64,000 bases of DNA from Lama glama (Eukaryota): the NCBI GenBank assembly GCA_028534125.1, contig CM052817.1, forward strand, positions 93,064,001 through 93,128,000. Direction: 5' to 3'. Shown here piece by piece: positions 38,680-51,111 of this stretch (positions within the stretch are counted from its first letter, which is position 1; each line of letters starts with the position of its first letter). The notes under the pieces were generated by a model. The model searched no databases and was not told the origin of the DNA. It worked only from the letters and a program-made list of their open reading frames with translations. The position numbers and the translations under genes are program-made.

Positions 38680-39850
38680 TATAAACCTGCGGGGCGGGTC
38701 AAAGTCTGGAGTAGCTGCCCATCCTGATCTGACACAATTTTTTTCCCTTTCCTCTGGGCGACTTGGGGCCGCGACCAGTCTCCAGCCTTGGCTCGGGAAG
38801 CCTAGCATTCCATGCGGGGCACTGTGGAAGTGGCAGGTGGGCTCAGGGCCACCTCCTCATGACTACTCTGCAGGTGCCCTAGAAGGGCTAGGGCAAGGCC
38901 AGGGCCAGTGTCCCCGCGAGGCAGCGCCGGCGCTCCCAGACCTCCTCCCTCTTGCCCTCCAGGCCCTGCGCCCCCCCCCCCCCCCGGCACGGCAGTGGCG
39001 GACACCTCCCAGGGGGCGGGGAGCCACGACACCTGGGTCAGTGGTCCAAGAGCCGCTGCCACCCGCCTCTCCCCCAGCCTCCTGGAGGTGTTTATCTTCG
39101 CCTCTCCTCCTCGCTATTTTCTCTTTCACTTTTCTTTTCGCTGGGGGCTGGGACGCCCTGGGTTCCCGGCGCCCGGGAACCCCTGCTGTCTCGCTGGCAG
39201 CCGCAACAGCCCGACGTCGAGAAAGGGAGCCGGGTGACCGCGCCCGCCCGGCTGCGCTGCCTGCCGCCCCCGACCCTGCAGCCCGGACTCGATGGAGGTA
39301 CGGAGCTTGGCTTCTCCGCTCTGGGAAGGGAGGTGGTGGTGGTGGCAAGGGCGAGGGAATTCTCCCCGAAAGCCTGCGCCTCGGACCCCTCCCAGCTCTG
39401 GCCTGACCCACGCGTCTGCCCCCGACCGGCTGCCGGTCCGGCCGCCCCGCCCTCTTATATGACCGCGACCTCGGTTTTCGGTTACGCTACGTGCAAAGGT
39501 GTTTTCCCCTCCTGACCCTTTATTCCTGTCGTGGGCTCTCCTCGCTTCCAGCAGAGCACAGATTGCTCGTCCACTTGCGGGTCCCGCGCGGTGCCGCCGA
39601 GCGCTGCGCTTTTTCCGTGTCGGCGGCTGCGCAGGGCGGCGTGCGCTCCACCGGCAACGCGCCGGCCGGCGGAGAGGGAGGGACGCGCGCCTCGCTGTCC
39701 CCGCTGATCTGCCGGGTTCGGAGGAGGCGAGGTCTCACTGCACAGAGCGCTGAGTTCTGCACCTCGTGGAGCTCAGAAAGTTCAAGAAAGGTACTGCAGC
39801 TCCCCGCTTCTTTCTGCCTTCCTCCCAAACTCCCCGCCGGCCTGTGCCAA
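38680..39850 (+). promoter_or_regulatory. CpG island, promoter of an unidentified + strand gene
   Basis: High GC and dense CpG over ~1.1 kb; GC boxes at 38691-38698 and 39444-39452; C15 run 38971-38985; donors GAG|GTACGG (39297/39298) and AAG|GTACTG (39790/39791). Confidence 0.85.
39292..39297 (+). CDS. Candidate two-codon coding end (Met-Glu) of a first exon
   Basis: ctcgATGGAG directly followed by donor GTACGG inside the CpG island; +4 G but pyrimidine at -3; downstream coding exons not identified. Confidence 0.3.
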
Positions 39851-42800
39851 CTCGTGTGTGAGCCCGCTTGTCTGACTCGACCATTTTTAGCAAAATCAAA
39901 TTACCCTCCTCTTTTTCGTTCTGGACACTTACCTTACTTGGGAGCGGAATTTACAGGAATGGTCATCGTTTGACAGTCAGGCTGAGCTGCTTTGTTTCCA
40001 GAAAATCAGTGCTAGAAATTGGGAAGAAATGCAGGAGACTCGTATTGCATTGGAATTATTATTCAAGGTTGCTTTAAAATCCAGTTAATTTTTTCAAGTG
40101 TTACTGAGATTGCATGTTCCAAAAGTATACAATATATTTGAATTTAATTAATAATATATTGAATTTAACTTCAATTTCCATGCATTTAAAATTTTGTCAA
40201 CTTCAGAGTCTGTGTAAAGCAAGGTTAATTCTTAGATGATGCTTATAACAGATTCTTAAATAGAGTGAGCAGAAGTTTTGAAACTGGAAGTAAAGTGGTT
40301 GTCACTCGCTATTTACATTATGTTTTGAAAAGCTACTTTCTAATGTTATGACACTGGTGATGGCATCTCCTTGTAACTGATAGACATCCTTATCTTGTCA
40401 GTGTCGCTGAAGAGGCTTTTTTGACCTATTGAATAAACAGATCAGGTCTAGGTGGTTACAGCATCCTACTGTGCAGAAGGTGGACTGTTCTGTGGAAAGC
40501 ATCCAGGTACAATATACATTAAATTTTGAACTCCTGTCATTTCACTAAAAAGCAGTGGGGTGGGCATGGTAGACAGAGGCAGGAGGTACAAAGGAAAGGA
40601 CTAAAGACAAAGTAATAGCCATTTGAGGTTTAAAAAATGAGGAGAACATTTTAAATTTTACTCAAAGTTAGAATACTAGAAAACTCTGAAGGTTTGTTCT
40701 GGTTGTGTTTTAATGTCACATCCTCGTATTTCCCCTTCCATTTTCTCCTTTCAGAGTTTTCGTCATATTCAGAATGGCCTTTCCAGCAGTACCATCGGCT
40801 CTGTGACAGAGCGACAGACAGGGGTTAGTTTGGTGGCTGGTCTGGAATTTGTGATAGGCAGAGTGTTCCTATACTTTCAGATTCAGTCTTTTCTGCTGAT
40901 TTGAAGTGGAAACTCCAGAACCTGATTTGAAGCTATAGTTCTGGAATTAGGAATTTTCCTGCAGATTACTGGGGGGCTTAAGGAAAAGAATTTGCTGCTT
41001 TTTGTTTTAATCCGTGAAATTAATATGTAGATGTCAACAGCTATATCACAAGACATAATGTTTGTCAATGAAATGCACGTTTATAAACTTCTTTGGAGGA
41101 TGCGGGAAAACAAGGGTGTAAAATCGTTTGAAATAGAGTTTGATAACTGGAGAGTTTTAAATCCTAGAGGATCCTCCCTCTCAGGTTTGCTGGCCCTGGG
41201 TGGACTTCAGGAAGGCTGTGAGTGAAGCTCAGAAAAGTTACATGAAGGGGATTTTTCTGAGGAAAATACCTGTAACTCTAATAAGCTTTTTAAATACGTC
41301 TCAACTCTTAAACGATTTTTTAAACATTTGAGAAGTTAGAAAGCTGCCCTTTCTTCCTCTCTCTTTTAAGAGTTCACTGTTTTCTTCATTATATAACTAT
41401 TCTTTTGAAGGTTAGTTAATGATAATACAGAGAGTAGGATTATAGCCCACAACTTGAACTGTGAGAAATAGTGAGTCATAACCGACACTTACTGAGTTCT
41501 TCTTACATAGCAGACATTATTCGAAGTATGTGTGTATTTTCAAAAGTTGTCATCATAAACTTACGATGGTGTTGGGGACTGTATTTTATAACTGAGGAAA
41601 TTGAGGCTTAGAAAATTGAATAACTTCCCCAAAGCCACAGAGCTAGAAAGTGGTAGAGTTGGAATTTAACTCCAAACAGATCTAAGATCCCTGGCACTTA
41701 TGAATGGAGATGTTATCTCCATAGTAACAGTTCCTGCAATTGGACAGTGACAATCAACCCCTATTTCATTTTGATGCAGAGTGATATAATGATAGAATGT
41801 TGGTTTTAAAGTAATACTTATGGGGTACTTGTATTGTTATTATTAGTTATATATTTAAAGATTATCTTTATGATCAAATAATATTCACAGGAGTTTCTAT
41901 TATGCTTGGCTCCTTGGAGAAAAAAATTTTTATGGTTCCTGAATGAAAACATTTGTCCAGTTTACATAGTTTTTGCTGATGGAGTTGGACAAATAGTAGG
42001 CAAATATGAATTGATCTGTAAGTTTGTATTTATCTGTCTAACCATCTGTCTATCCACCCATCCATCCAAGTCAAAGGCTGGGATTCGTGGAGAGATCAGA
42101 AGATTCTCACATATCACATCTGAGGTGCTGTAGTCAAGTCTTTGGGAAGTCCCCTTTTCAGAAGATTTTATGGTCTGAGGGTCGGCAAGAAGCCAGCTTC
42201 TTTCTTTTAGTTCAATATTTACTCTTAGATTTATTTACTTGGTGGTTACAGATTACTGCATGAGCCTGTTGAGGGTGAACATTCCTTCTGTGCTCACTGC
42301 TGTCCTGTTTTGTGGATTGGATGACAAACTCCATAAGAGAGTTGAGAGAACATTTGTGGGTTCTGCTGGCAGTGTTTACTACTATTTAATGGTGAATTTT
42401 ATTAATTGATTATAACCAATTTTTCATATATTATTATTTATTAATTTGCTGTATGTCAAGGAATGTTACTCTTTAGAAAAAAAGTTATTCAGTGCTGGTA
42501 TCAGAAATAGGAAATAAGAAACTCTTTGACCTCAGTTCAATATAAGGATATTATTGGTATGCATTTTCTACCTGGAGGCAGGGTATTATATACATGTATT
42601 TTCCAGTGTTTCTTCCCACTGTGAATCTAGTGATGCCTGGCAGGTCATTGTTAGGGCAGAGGACTGAATATAGACCACATAAAAATGTGTTTAAAAAAAC
42701 TCTGAATGTCTACTAGCTGGTCATGTTCAAAGACTGCATAGTTGTTTCTTTTCCAAACCCTGACAGGAGAGTGACAAAGTATTTTGTCAAATAAAGGAAC

Positions 42801-43003
42801 TGAAACTGAAAATGACCCCAGAAGAGAAAAATATGATGGCTGTAAGATTGGTGGTGGTGGTAGGCGAGGCAGGGGAAGAAGCTAATTATCATAACGACAC
42901 GAAAGGAGCCCAGTGACACAGTCGGTGATCCCTTTTATCACTGAAGTCTCCTCACCGGTTCTTTTGCTCATGTAACTCTGATAAAAATTTGAGAGAAGAA
43001 ATA

Positions 43004-43254
43004 CGTTGGCCTTTGAACAACAGGGGTTTGAACTGCGAGGTCCACTTCTAGGCAGATTTTTTTTCAACAGTAAGTCCGGCAGTACTATCAGAAATCAGCG
43101 GTCGGCTGAATCTGCGCATGCAGAATCGCGGGTGCAGAACGGCAGGTGCGGGGCCGCGGATGCAGGGGAACCAGGACCTCTAGTAAATTACAGCAGATTT
43201 TCCACTCAGCGGTGTTGGCGCTCCTGCTCCCTCTGATTGTTCAAGGCTCCGCTG
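43004..43254. mobile_element. Tigger-derived MITE (Tigger2/MER8-like)
   Basis: TA-flanked; TIR-like ends gttggcctttgaacaa and ttgttcaaggctccgctg. Confidence 0.8.
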
Positions 43255-43980
43255 TACCCTTTGCACACTGTTGGCACTGACCTCTAAAATTTTCAAATAA
43301 TTATTTTTAATTGAACATTTTGCTTAGATATTTCCAACTTCTTTGATCTCCTTACTCCACAGCAACCAAGATAAGTACATACATTGAGATTTCATTTTTT
43401 AACAGAATAAGTGTATTTAAAATCATTCTTTATGTTATTTTAAGTGTTACTAGTACACAGTTAACCAGAATAACCCACTAGCCTTTGATAAGTAATCATC
43501 AACATAAAACTAAACTATATTGGACGTGTATATATGGAAGTGGATGTAGGTAGTGCTGATATCACTGCTTTGATGAAAGAAGGAAGCTCTAATATTCATT
43601 TTAACACCTGTCCCTCCCACCTTGGAGGGCCAAAAGTGCAGAGTAGGATTCTGGATTGGGAGAGAGATACACCTCTCTTTTGTAAAATGAGAGAAGCATA
43701 ATTACGAAAGGGGAAGTGGGAAAAAAGAACTTGCTAGAAATCTGCTTTCCTCAGACACATTTCAGGCACTTAATTTATGAAAAGGGGTTCCCATGGAAGT
43801 AGCGAATCTGGAAATTCATTTCTTTGGAACTCTCGATAGTCACGCAGATCATGGAAAGTTGTGGGGGTTCCCCAGGGTTGTTTGCTCCTCACTTTGAAGA
43901 TCTCCGATCTAGTTCAACCTTATCCCCATCCTCTGTGCTTGATTTCTGGACTGCCATGGCTCACTGTGCCTAAAAATAAA

Positions 43981-44004
43981 GTGTGTGTGTGTGTGTGTGT
44001 GTGT
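43981..44004. repeat. (GT)12 microsatellite
   Basis: Directly visible. Confidence 0.95.
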
Positions 44005-45294
44005 AGGGGCAGTAAAAAGGGGTGTCTGGCTGCTATAGAGGCTTCCCACTGACAGCTCTGGTGAGGCTTGGAGAGCCTCTGTAGCCTTATTTCCAATCAC
44101 ACTTCCTCTGTGCTCTAGACACACTTGCTAGATTCCCTTGTCAGCCTTCAAGTGTCCTGCTTGGAATGCCCACCCTCTCTCTAACTTCTGCTGCCCTCTT
44201 CTACTGCCCAGGCAGAATTATTCTCTCCCTTATATAAGTGTATTTGGTGCTGTCTGCATCCCCCTACAATAGCCTTTCTCCCTGTAAATTCACCTTATTG
44301 TGTGTCTGTCTCTAAATTTATGTCCTGGGTACCCAGCAGGGGGTTGGCCTTACTCACTGATTTCAACAATCATTGAACAGTTTGACAGCTGAGCAGAGGA
44401 ATGCAAAAACAGGTAGGAAACATAAGTAATATAGCAAAACACATTGCTGGAACATTATAATAAAAACATTATTTTAGGAAAATTGGTCTGGGTTAGGATT
44501 TATGGAAGAAGAAACAGAAAAGAAAAGGCAAATTGGAGCTAAGGAAACCAGCCAGAAATCCGTCGCAGTCATTCAGGGGTGTGGTCTCATTTCTTAACCC
44601 ATGTTAAATCCAGTGATTAATGGTTGGGTCTCTTCCTTGATGCCTTGTCAGCAGGACTGGAGAGTTCTTCATTTGCCTTCCTGGCCATCCCCCTCTCCTT
44701 AGTTTCCTTTTTTTTCTCATCAACACCTAGTTCAGTCTCTTTTTCTGGTTCTGCGCTTCCCTAACCTTTAAATGTTGGTGTCTGAGGGCTCAGTTCCTGG
44801 CCTCTTCTCTGTCTTTGCTCACTCCCTTGGTGATCGTCTCCTGCAGTCTCCTGGCTTTCAGTACCTTCCAACACTGATACTTCATAAATGTGTGTCTTCA
44901 ATCATGGCCTCCCTCTGATCTCCAGACTCGTATACACAAGTCTACTCAGCATCCCTGATCGGATATTTAGTATTCATCAGATTCCTGGCTTCAGCCCCCA
45001 GACCACTTCCCTCACTACTGCCTTCTTTATCCCACCTGAGAGCAAGTCCGTTCTTTCAGTTGCATGGATAATCAGTCAGTCAGTCTTGGAGTTTTCTCAC
45101 ACCCCACATTTAATCGGATTTTCTTACCACCTTCACCACTGCCACCCGGGTGCAGGCCACCACTCTCATGTCTCATGGCATAATGGCAAGAGTTGGTGTC
45201 TCTGTTGCTACCCTTCCCCTCCCTCTCCACCAAGACGGTTTTAATTATCTGTTTTCAATGATCTGCCCTGCCTGCATTAAACAAACAAATAAAA

Positions 45295-46800
45295 CCATGT
45301 AACAGACAGACAGAAAACACTCTGGAATGCAGGGGCTTAAAAGACAGTAATTTGTTATTTGTCATGATTCTGCAATCTGGGCGACATTCAGCTGGTTGGC
45401 TCCTCCTAGGCTGCTCGGGAATGAAACATTCAAAAAGATTTCTTCATTTGTGTGTCTGACACCTCAGCTGGGCTGGCTGTGAAGTTAAAGGTTCCTCCTT
45501 CGGAGACTTCCTTTTCCATAAGAAATAGCCATCACAGCCAGTTAGAAATAGCCCGTTAGCCATTACGTAGGCTGCTCCCTGATCGCAGAGAGTTAAGGTT
45601 CTAGAGACAGTTTGTGTCCGTCTTTTTGTTTAGCTGAGGGTACTTTTTTTTTTTGTACAATCTTCTTATAAACCTTGGAGACTCCCTGTAAACTTCATTG
45701 AGGTTCATTCCATTGGGAAAGACATACCCAGAAAATTCTTAAAGCAGTCTCCAGTTTACTTTGGCTGTGAGTCAAAATGCTGTGGGAAAAGCCCTTAAAA
45801 TTTTTATAAACACTTTGGTCTCACTGACAGGGTCTAGAGGTACTCTCTTAAATTTTTTCCAGCCGCATACCTGATTTGATCTTTAACCTGTGAGTACTTT
45901 GTGCTAATAGACTTTGAATTTGATCTTTGCCCTGAGACTGTTTCTTTCTTTGAGAATCTTTTGCTGCCTTGAGAGATAAGTTTTATTTTCCAACCTAAAT
46001 GATTTCCTCTAAATTCAGGTTGAATGATTTCCTCTAAATTTGGCTTGAGCGTTTTAGTTCCGTTTTCTCTTCCTGTAAGTACTCCTCGGCAGGGAAATGA
46101 AGCCAGGTATCAAATTCAGAAATCTTCTTCGCCAGGTCCACAAGTTCATTTGATACCTTTTCTTTCTACCATATTATTGTAGCCAAACATCTGCCACCAC
46201 GTTACATGAGTTCCCCTTCCTCCAGCCTCTAATAATAATTTCATCACTGCCTTTCTAGCTTCACTAACAGTGTCCCTGCTACTTACTCCTCAGGTGTCTC
46301 CCCATCACCTGCTTTCATGTCAATTTCCGTGTCAGTTATTAATTGCTATGTAATAAACCACCCCCAAGTTTAGTAGTGTAAAATAAGAGTCCTTTTTATT
46401 TATTCAAAGTTCCAAGGTTAGAAATGTGGACAGGACCCAGTGGCAATGATTTGTGTCTACTCCAGCATGTGTGTGGTCCCAGCTGGTATAACTCCAAAGA
46501 TCAAGGACTATCTGAGATTTTGCTCAAGAAACTGGGTCATTTATATGGGGCCTTAGTGCTGGCTGTTGGCTGAGTTCCTTCGTTCTTGTCTTTTCCACAT
46601 GGCTGCATTGGGCTTACGCACAACATGGTGGCCTCAGGGTTGTCAAGTTTCTTACATAGTATCCAGCTTTTGTAAAGGAGGAAGTCAGATTCGAGGGGAG
46701 AAGACAGAGACTCAGCCACTTGCTGTGTAGAACGTCATGCTTGTTTGTGGAAGGAGGACATTGACTGACGGCTGCCATCTTTGGCAATAACCAGTCACAC
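45295..46800 (-). mobile_element. MLT1-type MaLR with two LTR remnants and internal sequence
   Basis: LTR-like blocks at ~45295-45560 and ~46330-46800 flank MLT1-int-like sequence. Confidence 0.55.
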
Positions 46801-47306
46801 GTTGTGGTCCTGTTAAAACATTAATCAGGTCATGCCACACCTTTATTCAAAATCCTCCATTGCCTTCTCATCTCACTTCAGTAAAAGCCAGATTCCATCA
46901 GAGTGGTCAGTAAGGCCTCAGTGATTTGTACCTCTATTACCTGGTCTCCTCCTCCTCCCTTAGCTCAGGGCTTCAGTCGCACCGACAGCCTTTCTAGTCC
47001 TCAACCGTGCTGCTGTGTTCTTGTCTCAGGGTCTTTGAACTTGCTCTTCCGCCTGCCTGGAATGCTCTTCTCTCAGACATGGCCCACTCCCTTACCTGGT
47101 GGGGGGCTCGGCTCAGATGCCCCCCTTGCAGTGAGACTTTCCCTGACTGGTGTACTTCATGTTGCACTCTCAGCAGCCCTCTCCACTCAAATTCTGCTCC
47201 ATACCCATAACTGTCTGATATACTACCAAGTTTATACTACCCTATCCAAAACTCGGGTTCAGGTGTGTTCAGAATTCAGATTTTTCTCAGTGTTTAGAAA
47301 GGTAAT

Positions 47307-47705
47307 TGTTACAGACTGAGCTGTGTCTCTCCCTGTCCTCATCAAATCTATATATTGAAGCCCAACCCCTAATGTGACTGTATTTGGAGACAAGGCTTTC
47401 AGGGGGTAATTTAGATTAAATGAGATTGTAAGGGTGGTACCCTAGTCCAGTAGGACTGCTATCTCTATAAGTAAAGGAAGGGACACCAGGAATGAACGTA
47501 TGTAGAGGAAAGGCCATGTGTGGATGTAGTGAAGACAATGGCTGTCTTCTAGCCAGAAAGGCAGACCTTAGGGAAACCAACCCTTCCAGCACCTTTATCT
47601 TGCACTTCCAGCCTCCAAACGGTGAGAAAATAACTTTCTGTTGTGTAACCCACCCTGTCTGTGATGTTCTGTTACGGCCGCCCTCCCAGCGCACACTGGT
47701 GGAGC
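47307..47705 (+). mobile_element. MLT1A-like solo LTR
   Basis: cccaacccctaatgtgactgtatttggaga...cttgcacttccagcctccaaacggtgagaaaataactttctgttg. Confidence 0.8.
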
Positions 47706-48814
47706 GATACAATGCCTTTGCTGTACCCCATACGACAACTATGGTAGATGGTAAGCTTATTCAGGTACTTCCTCCGAAGTGAAATTAAATACAGATTATA
47801 AGTAGGCTTATGCCAGTTTATGTTTTGTTGCTCAATAAATTAAACAAAGACTTTCAATTTTTAGAGCCTTTTTGATATAAGATTTTCAGATAAGGGACAA
47901 TGGTCTTACATATGTTTTATTCACCTACTTCTTTGTTAATTCCCATCCCTCCCCATTTGTGCATGAGCTACAGGAGAGCATGTGTTTTTGTTATTTTGTT
48001 CATCGCTATATCCCCATCATCTGTCAGTGCCTGGTGAATGATAGTCTCTCAATAAATACTTGCTGAATGGATGCTAAAGAGTAGGATATGTTAAAAGTAA
48101 TGGGAAATAAAAGAGCTATTTCAGGAAGATCTAATTTATTTATACACTTTCTTTATTCATTGTGTTGATTTCTTTCCTTCAGCAGTGAATGATTTTGAGT
48201 GCCTAGGATGGGGCAGGTACTGTTCTAAGCCCTTGACTGGCTTTGACTCAGTTGGAGGTACAAAGTGCAGGAAGGATCCTGGTGACTTTGAGATTTCAAT
48301 CTTGGGAGTCAGGAGAAGTTAACATTGCAGGAACTGATACGGGTTGTAGCAAAAACATGGAGGTGAGGCAGGGAAAGGCATGCACTTCATTGTGGAAATG
48401 TAAGGATTGAGATAAAAGTAGAACATAAAACCAAAAATGCCCTGTAAGCCATTAGAAGTACTACACTGAAGACTCCTTGAGCTATTTGCAAAAGAGATTT
48501 TGGCTCCCGGGCTAATAGTCAGGAATTTTTGACTGAAGCCGACTGTCAGAATATTTCCCTAGGAGGCAAATGTATGTATGGAAGGTTTGGGGTCACATAA
48601 GAAGATGATAGGGACTTTACTGAGCTAGGCACCCTGAAAGAGGAGATGTTCAGGCAGTGTCTTCAAGAAAGGGCTGGCCAGTTTTCAGGTCTTCGGAAGA
48701 GAGTGTTAAGCTTTTCACACCTTCTACCCTTTTCTTGCCTGTCATAGCCACTCTGTCTGCTCCTCTCAGGATGGATTCTAGGTCCCTCATATGCCTATTC
48801 TTACCCTCACATCT

Positions 48815-49150
48815 TTTCCTTTTTTAATTGAGGTATAATTGACATCTAATGTTATATGAGTTTCAAGTGTACAGCATTATGATTCGGTATTTGTATATAT
48901 GGCAAAATGATCACATCCCTAAGTTTAGTGAACATGTCACCATACATAGTTATTTTTTTCTTATGATGAAAAATTTTCAGATTTATTCTCTTAGCAACTT
49001 TCAGATATTCACCATAGTATTGTTAAGCATAGTCACCATGCTTATTTATATTATATTATTTATATTATAACCAGAAGTTTGTACCTTTTGACCCTCTGCA
49101 TGTATTTTGCCCCTCACCTCTGACAACCACCCATCTGGTCTCTCTGTGAG
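48815..49150 (-). mobile_element. L1MA-type 3' end
   Basis: tttttaattgaggtataattgaca...tctcttagcaactttca...gtttgtaccttttgacc. Confidence 0.75.
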
Positions 49151-50752
49151 TCACCTTCTCTATGAAGTTCTCCTGGCAAAACCCCAACTTTACCCCGTCT
49201 CTGGCCACCTGGAAATACTGACCGTATCCCTCCTCTGCGCTGTCTCCACTGATGGATCTTTCTCTAAGAATCTGCGGTATATTCTATATTGACTCGTGTT
49301 CATGCTGTTCCTCTCCTTGGATAAATGACCAAGGTGGTACAAAGGATGACACGAATTGTGATGATGGAGTTGGAGAGGCTGAAGTTTGGGAAACACCACA
49401 TCCTTATGTGCCTACCACCTTGCCTGGTACATAGTAGACCTTTAATTATGTTATTTTTGTTGTCAGTAACCTATCACATTGCTGAGTGGTCAAGTAACGC
49501 AAGGTTCTGAGAACAGGAGTTTGACTAGATTTGACTGGAAATAAATCACTCGTGATCACGTAGCTATTAGAATCTGCCAGCATTTTCTTTATTGTTAGGG
49601 TCAGGACGGGAAGTAGAAAATTTCCTGAAGGCCCATTTTGGGCTAGGCTGCCAATGGAATCCTTATATTCATGTGTAGGATGACACAGATGAGCTTTTTG
49701 AATTAGAATGATTTTTTTGGAACTGCAAAAAAAAGGGATGTTTAATATTTTGTGTCAGTTTTATTAGTTGACAGGATAAATTCTATAAATTGCAAAGTAA
49801 ATGCTTCAATAAATGAAAGGAATGAGAAGCAAGCCACACCCTAGTCTCTAAATTCCTTCATATAAAAATTCTTTCATTTCCTTAATTCTGCAATATTTGC
49901 CCAACTATCTTGGAAAACAAATTCAATTGTACAAAGAAGATTAGAGAAATTTTGTAAGAAATAGTAGTATTGTTAATATTGAATTTATTTGGTAGCTCTT
50001 TTCCTGAGAATCCAAGAGAACAAATGTGCAGACATAACAGCATTATTCTCTCACTTAAATATCTGCAGTAATCCCAAATGTCAAATTAAAGAAAAATGTA
50101 TTATTTCGTATCTTTTGACTCCTCGATAGCAAGATCTTCATTCTCATTGTTTTGTGAAGGACTTCTAAAACTTTGGACATGCGGTTTTATGATGGCTTAT
50201 TTGTTTTGATATGAGGTTTTTCTCCTCTAAAATTTGACCTCTGTTAATTCAAAGTGTGTTACTCAGCCTCTGCAGCTCACACGGCATTGGCTTCTAGGCT
50301 ATGGTTTTGAATCAGGCAGGGTAATAATGGACCAGAAGCTCTCGGAAACAATAGCAGATATGTATGATTTATTCAGTAACTTTTCTGTGCATGGCTCTCT
50401 GCCAAGTGCTGAGAGGGATAAAAAGATGAACCAAGCATGATTCCTTTTAGGACTTATTACCCAGTGGAGCAATTAATGTTCATCTATGAAGAGCTGAGTT
50501 ACCCAGTGCACTACTGTCTGATCTCTGAACAGACCAGGCTTTCTTTCATTGCTCAACGTGTGGACATGCCCCTCCTTCATTGGCAGTTCACTGTTTCATC
50601 CAATGTCTCTTCCTCTCCTGTTTTTCCTAACTCACTTACCTGGGCCAGACACCGCATTCTGATATTATTTCCTCTGGGAATTGTTCCCTTAGACCTCCAA
50701 GATTGGGTTAGGCATCTCTCATTCCTAATTTCATTTAGTAGGTATTTCAGGA

Positions 50753-51111
50753 CAATTGGACCTCCATATCTGCAGGTTCCACCAAGGGTAGATAGAAAAC
50801 ATTCAGGAAAAACAAATTCCAGAACCTTGTAGAGAGCAAAACTTGAATTTGCTGCTCACCTTGCAAGGCAACTATTTAGGTAATATTTACATTGTATTTA
50901 CATAGCATTTACAATGTGTTAAGTATTGTAAATAATCTAGAGTTTGGTTCAAAGTATACAGTAGGATATGTGTAGGTTATATGCAAATACTATGCCATCT
51001 TATATAAGGGACTTGAGCATCCTTGGATTCTGATATCCAGGGGGCTGAGGTGGGGTAGGGGGAAGGGGTTGTCCTTCAACCAATCCAGGTGGATACAGAA
51101 AGAAGACTGTA
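50753..51111. mobile_element. Tigger3-like MITE
   Basis: cctccatatctgcaggttcc...gtaggttatatgcaaatacta...agggacttgagcatcc...gactgta. Confidence 0.8.

Larger units (their letters stand above)
44700..48070 (+). mobile_element. L2 LINE broken by nested MaLR and Tigger insertions
   Basis: L2 segments at ~44700-45240, ~46805-47210 and tail ~47920-48070 (caataaatacttgctgaatg). Confidence 0.7.

Noticed and set aside
39292..39297. Assigning a gene name (considered PALM2AKAP2, BCAT1, CD200)
   Set aside because: Exon phase or UTR as I recall them do not fit, and no matching downstream exon lies in the window; left unnamed
38802..39973. Long overlapping ORFs (up to 189 aa) on both strands
   Set aside because: Pro/Ala/Gly/Arg-rich ORFs in several frames are expected in a stop-poor CpG island; no recognisable domain
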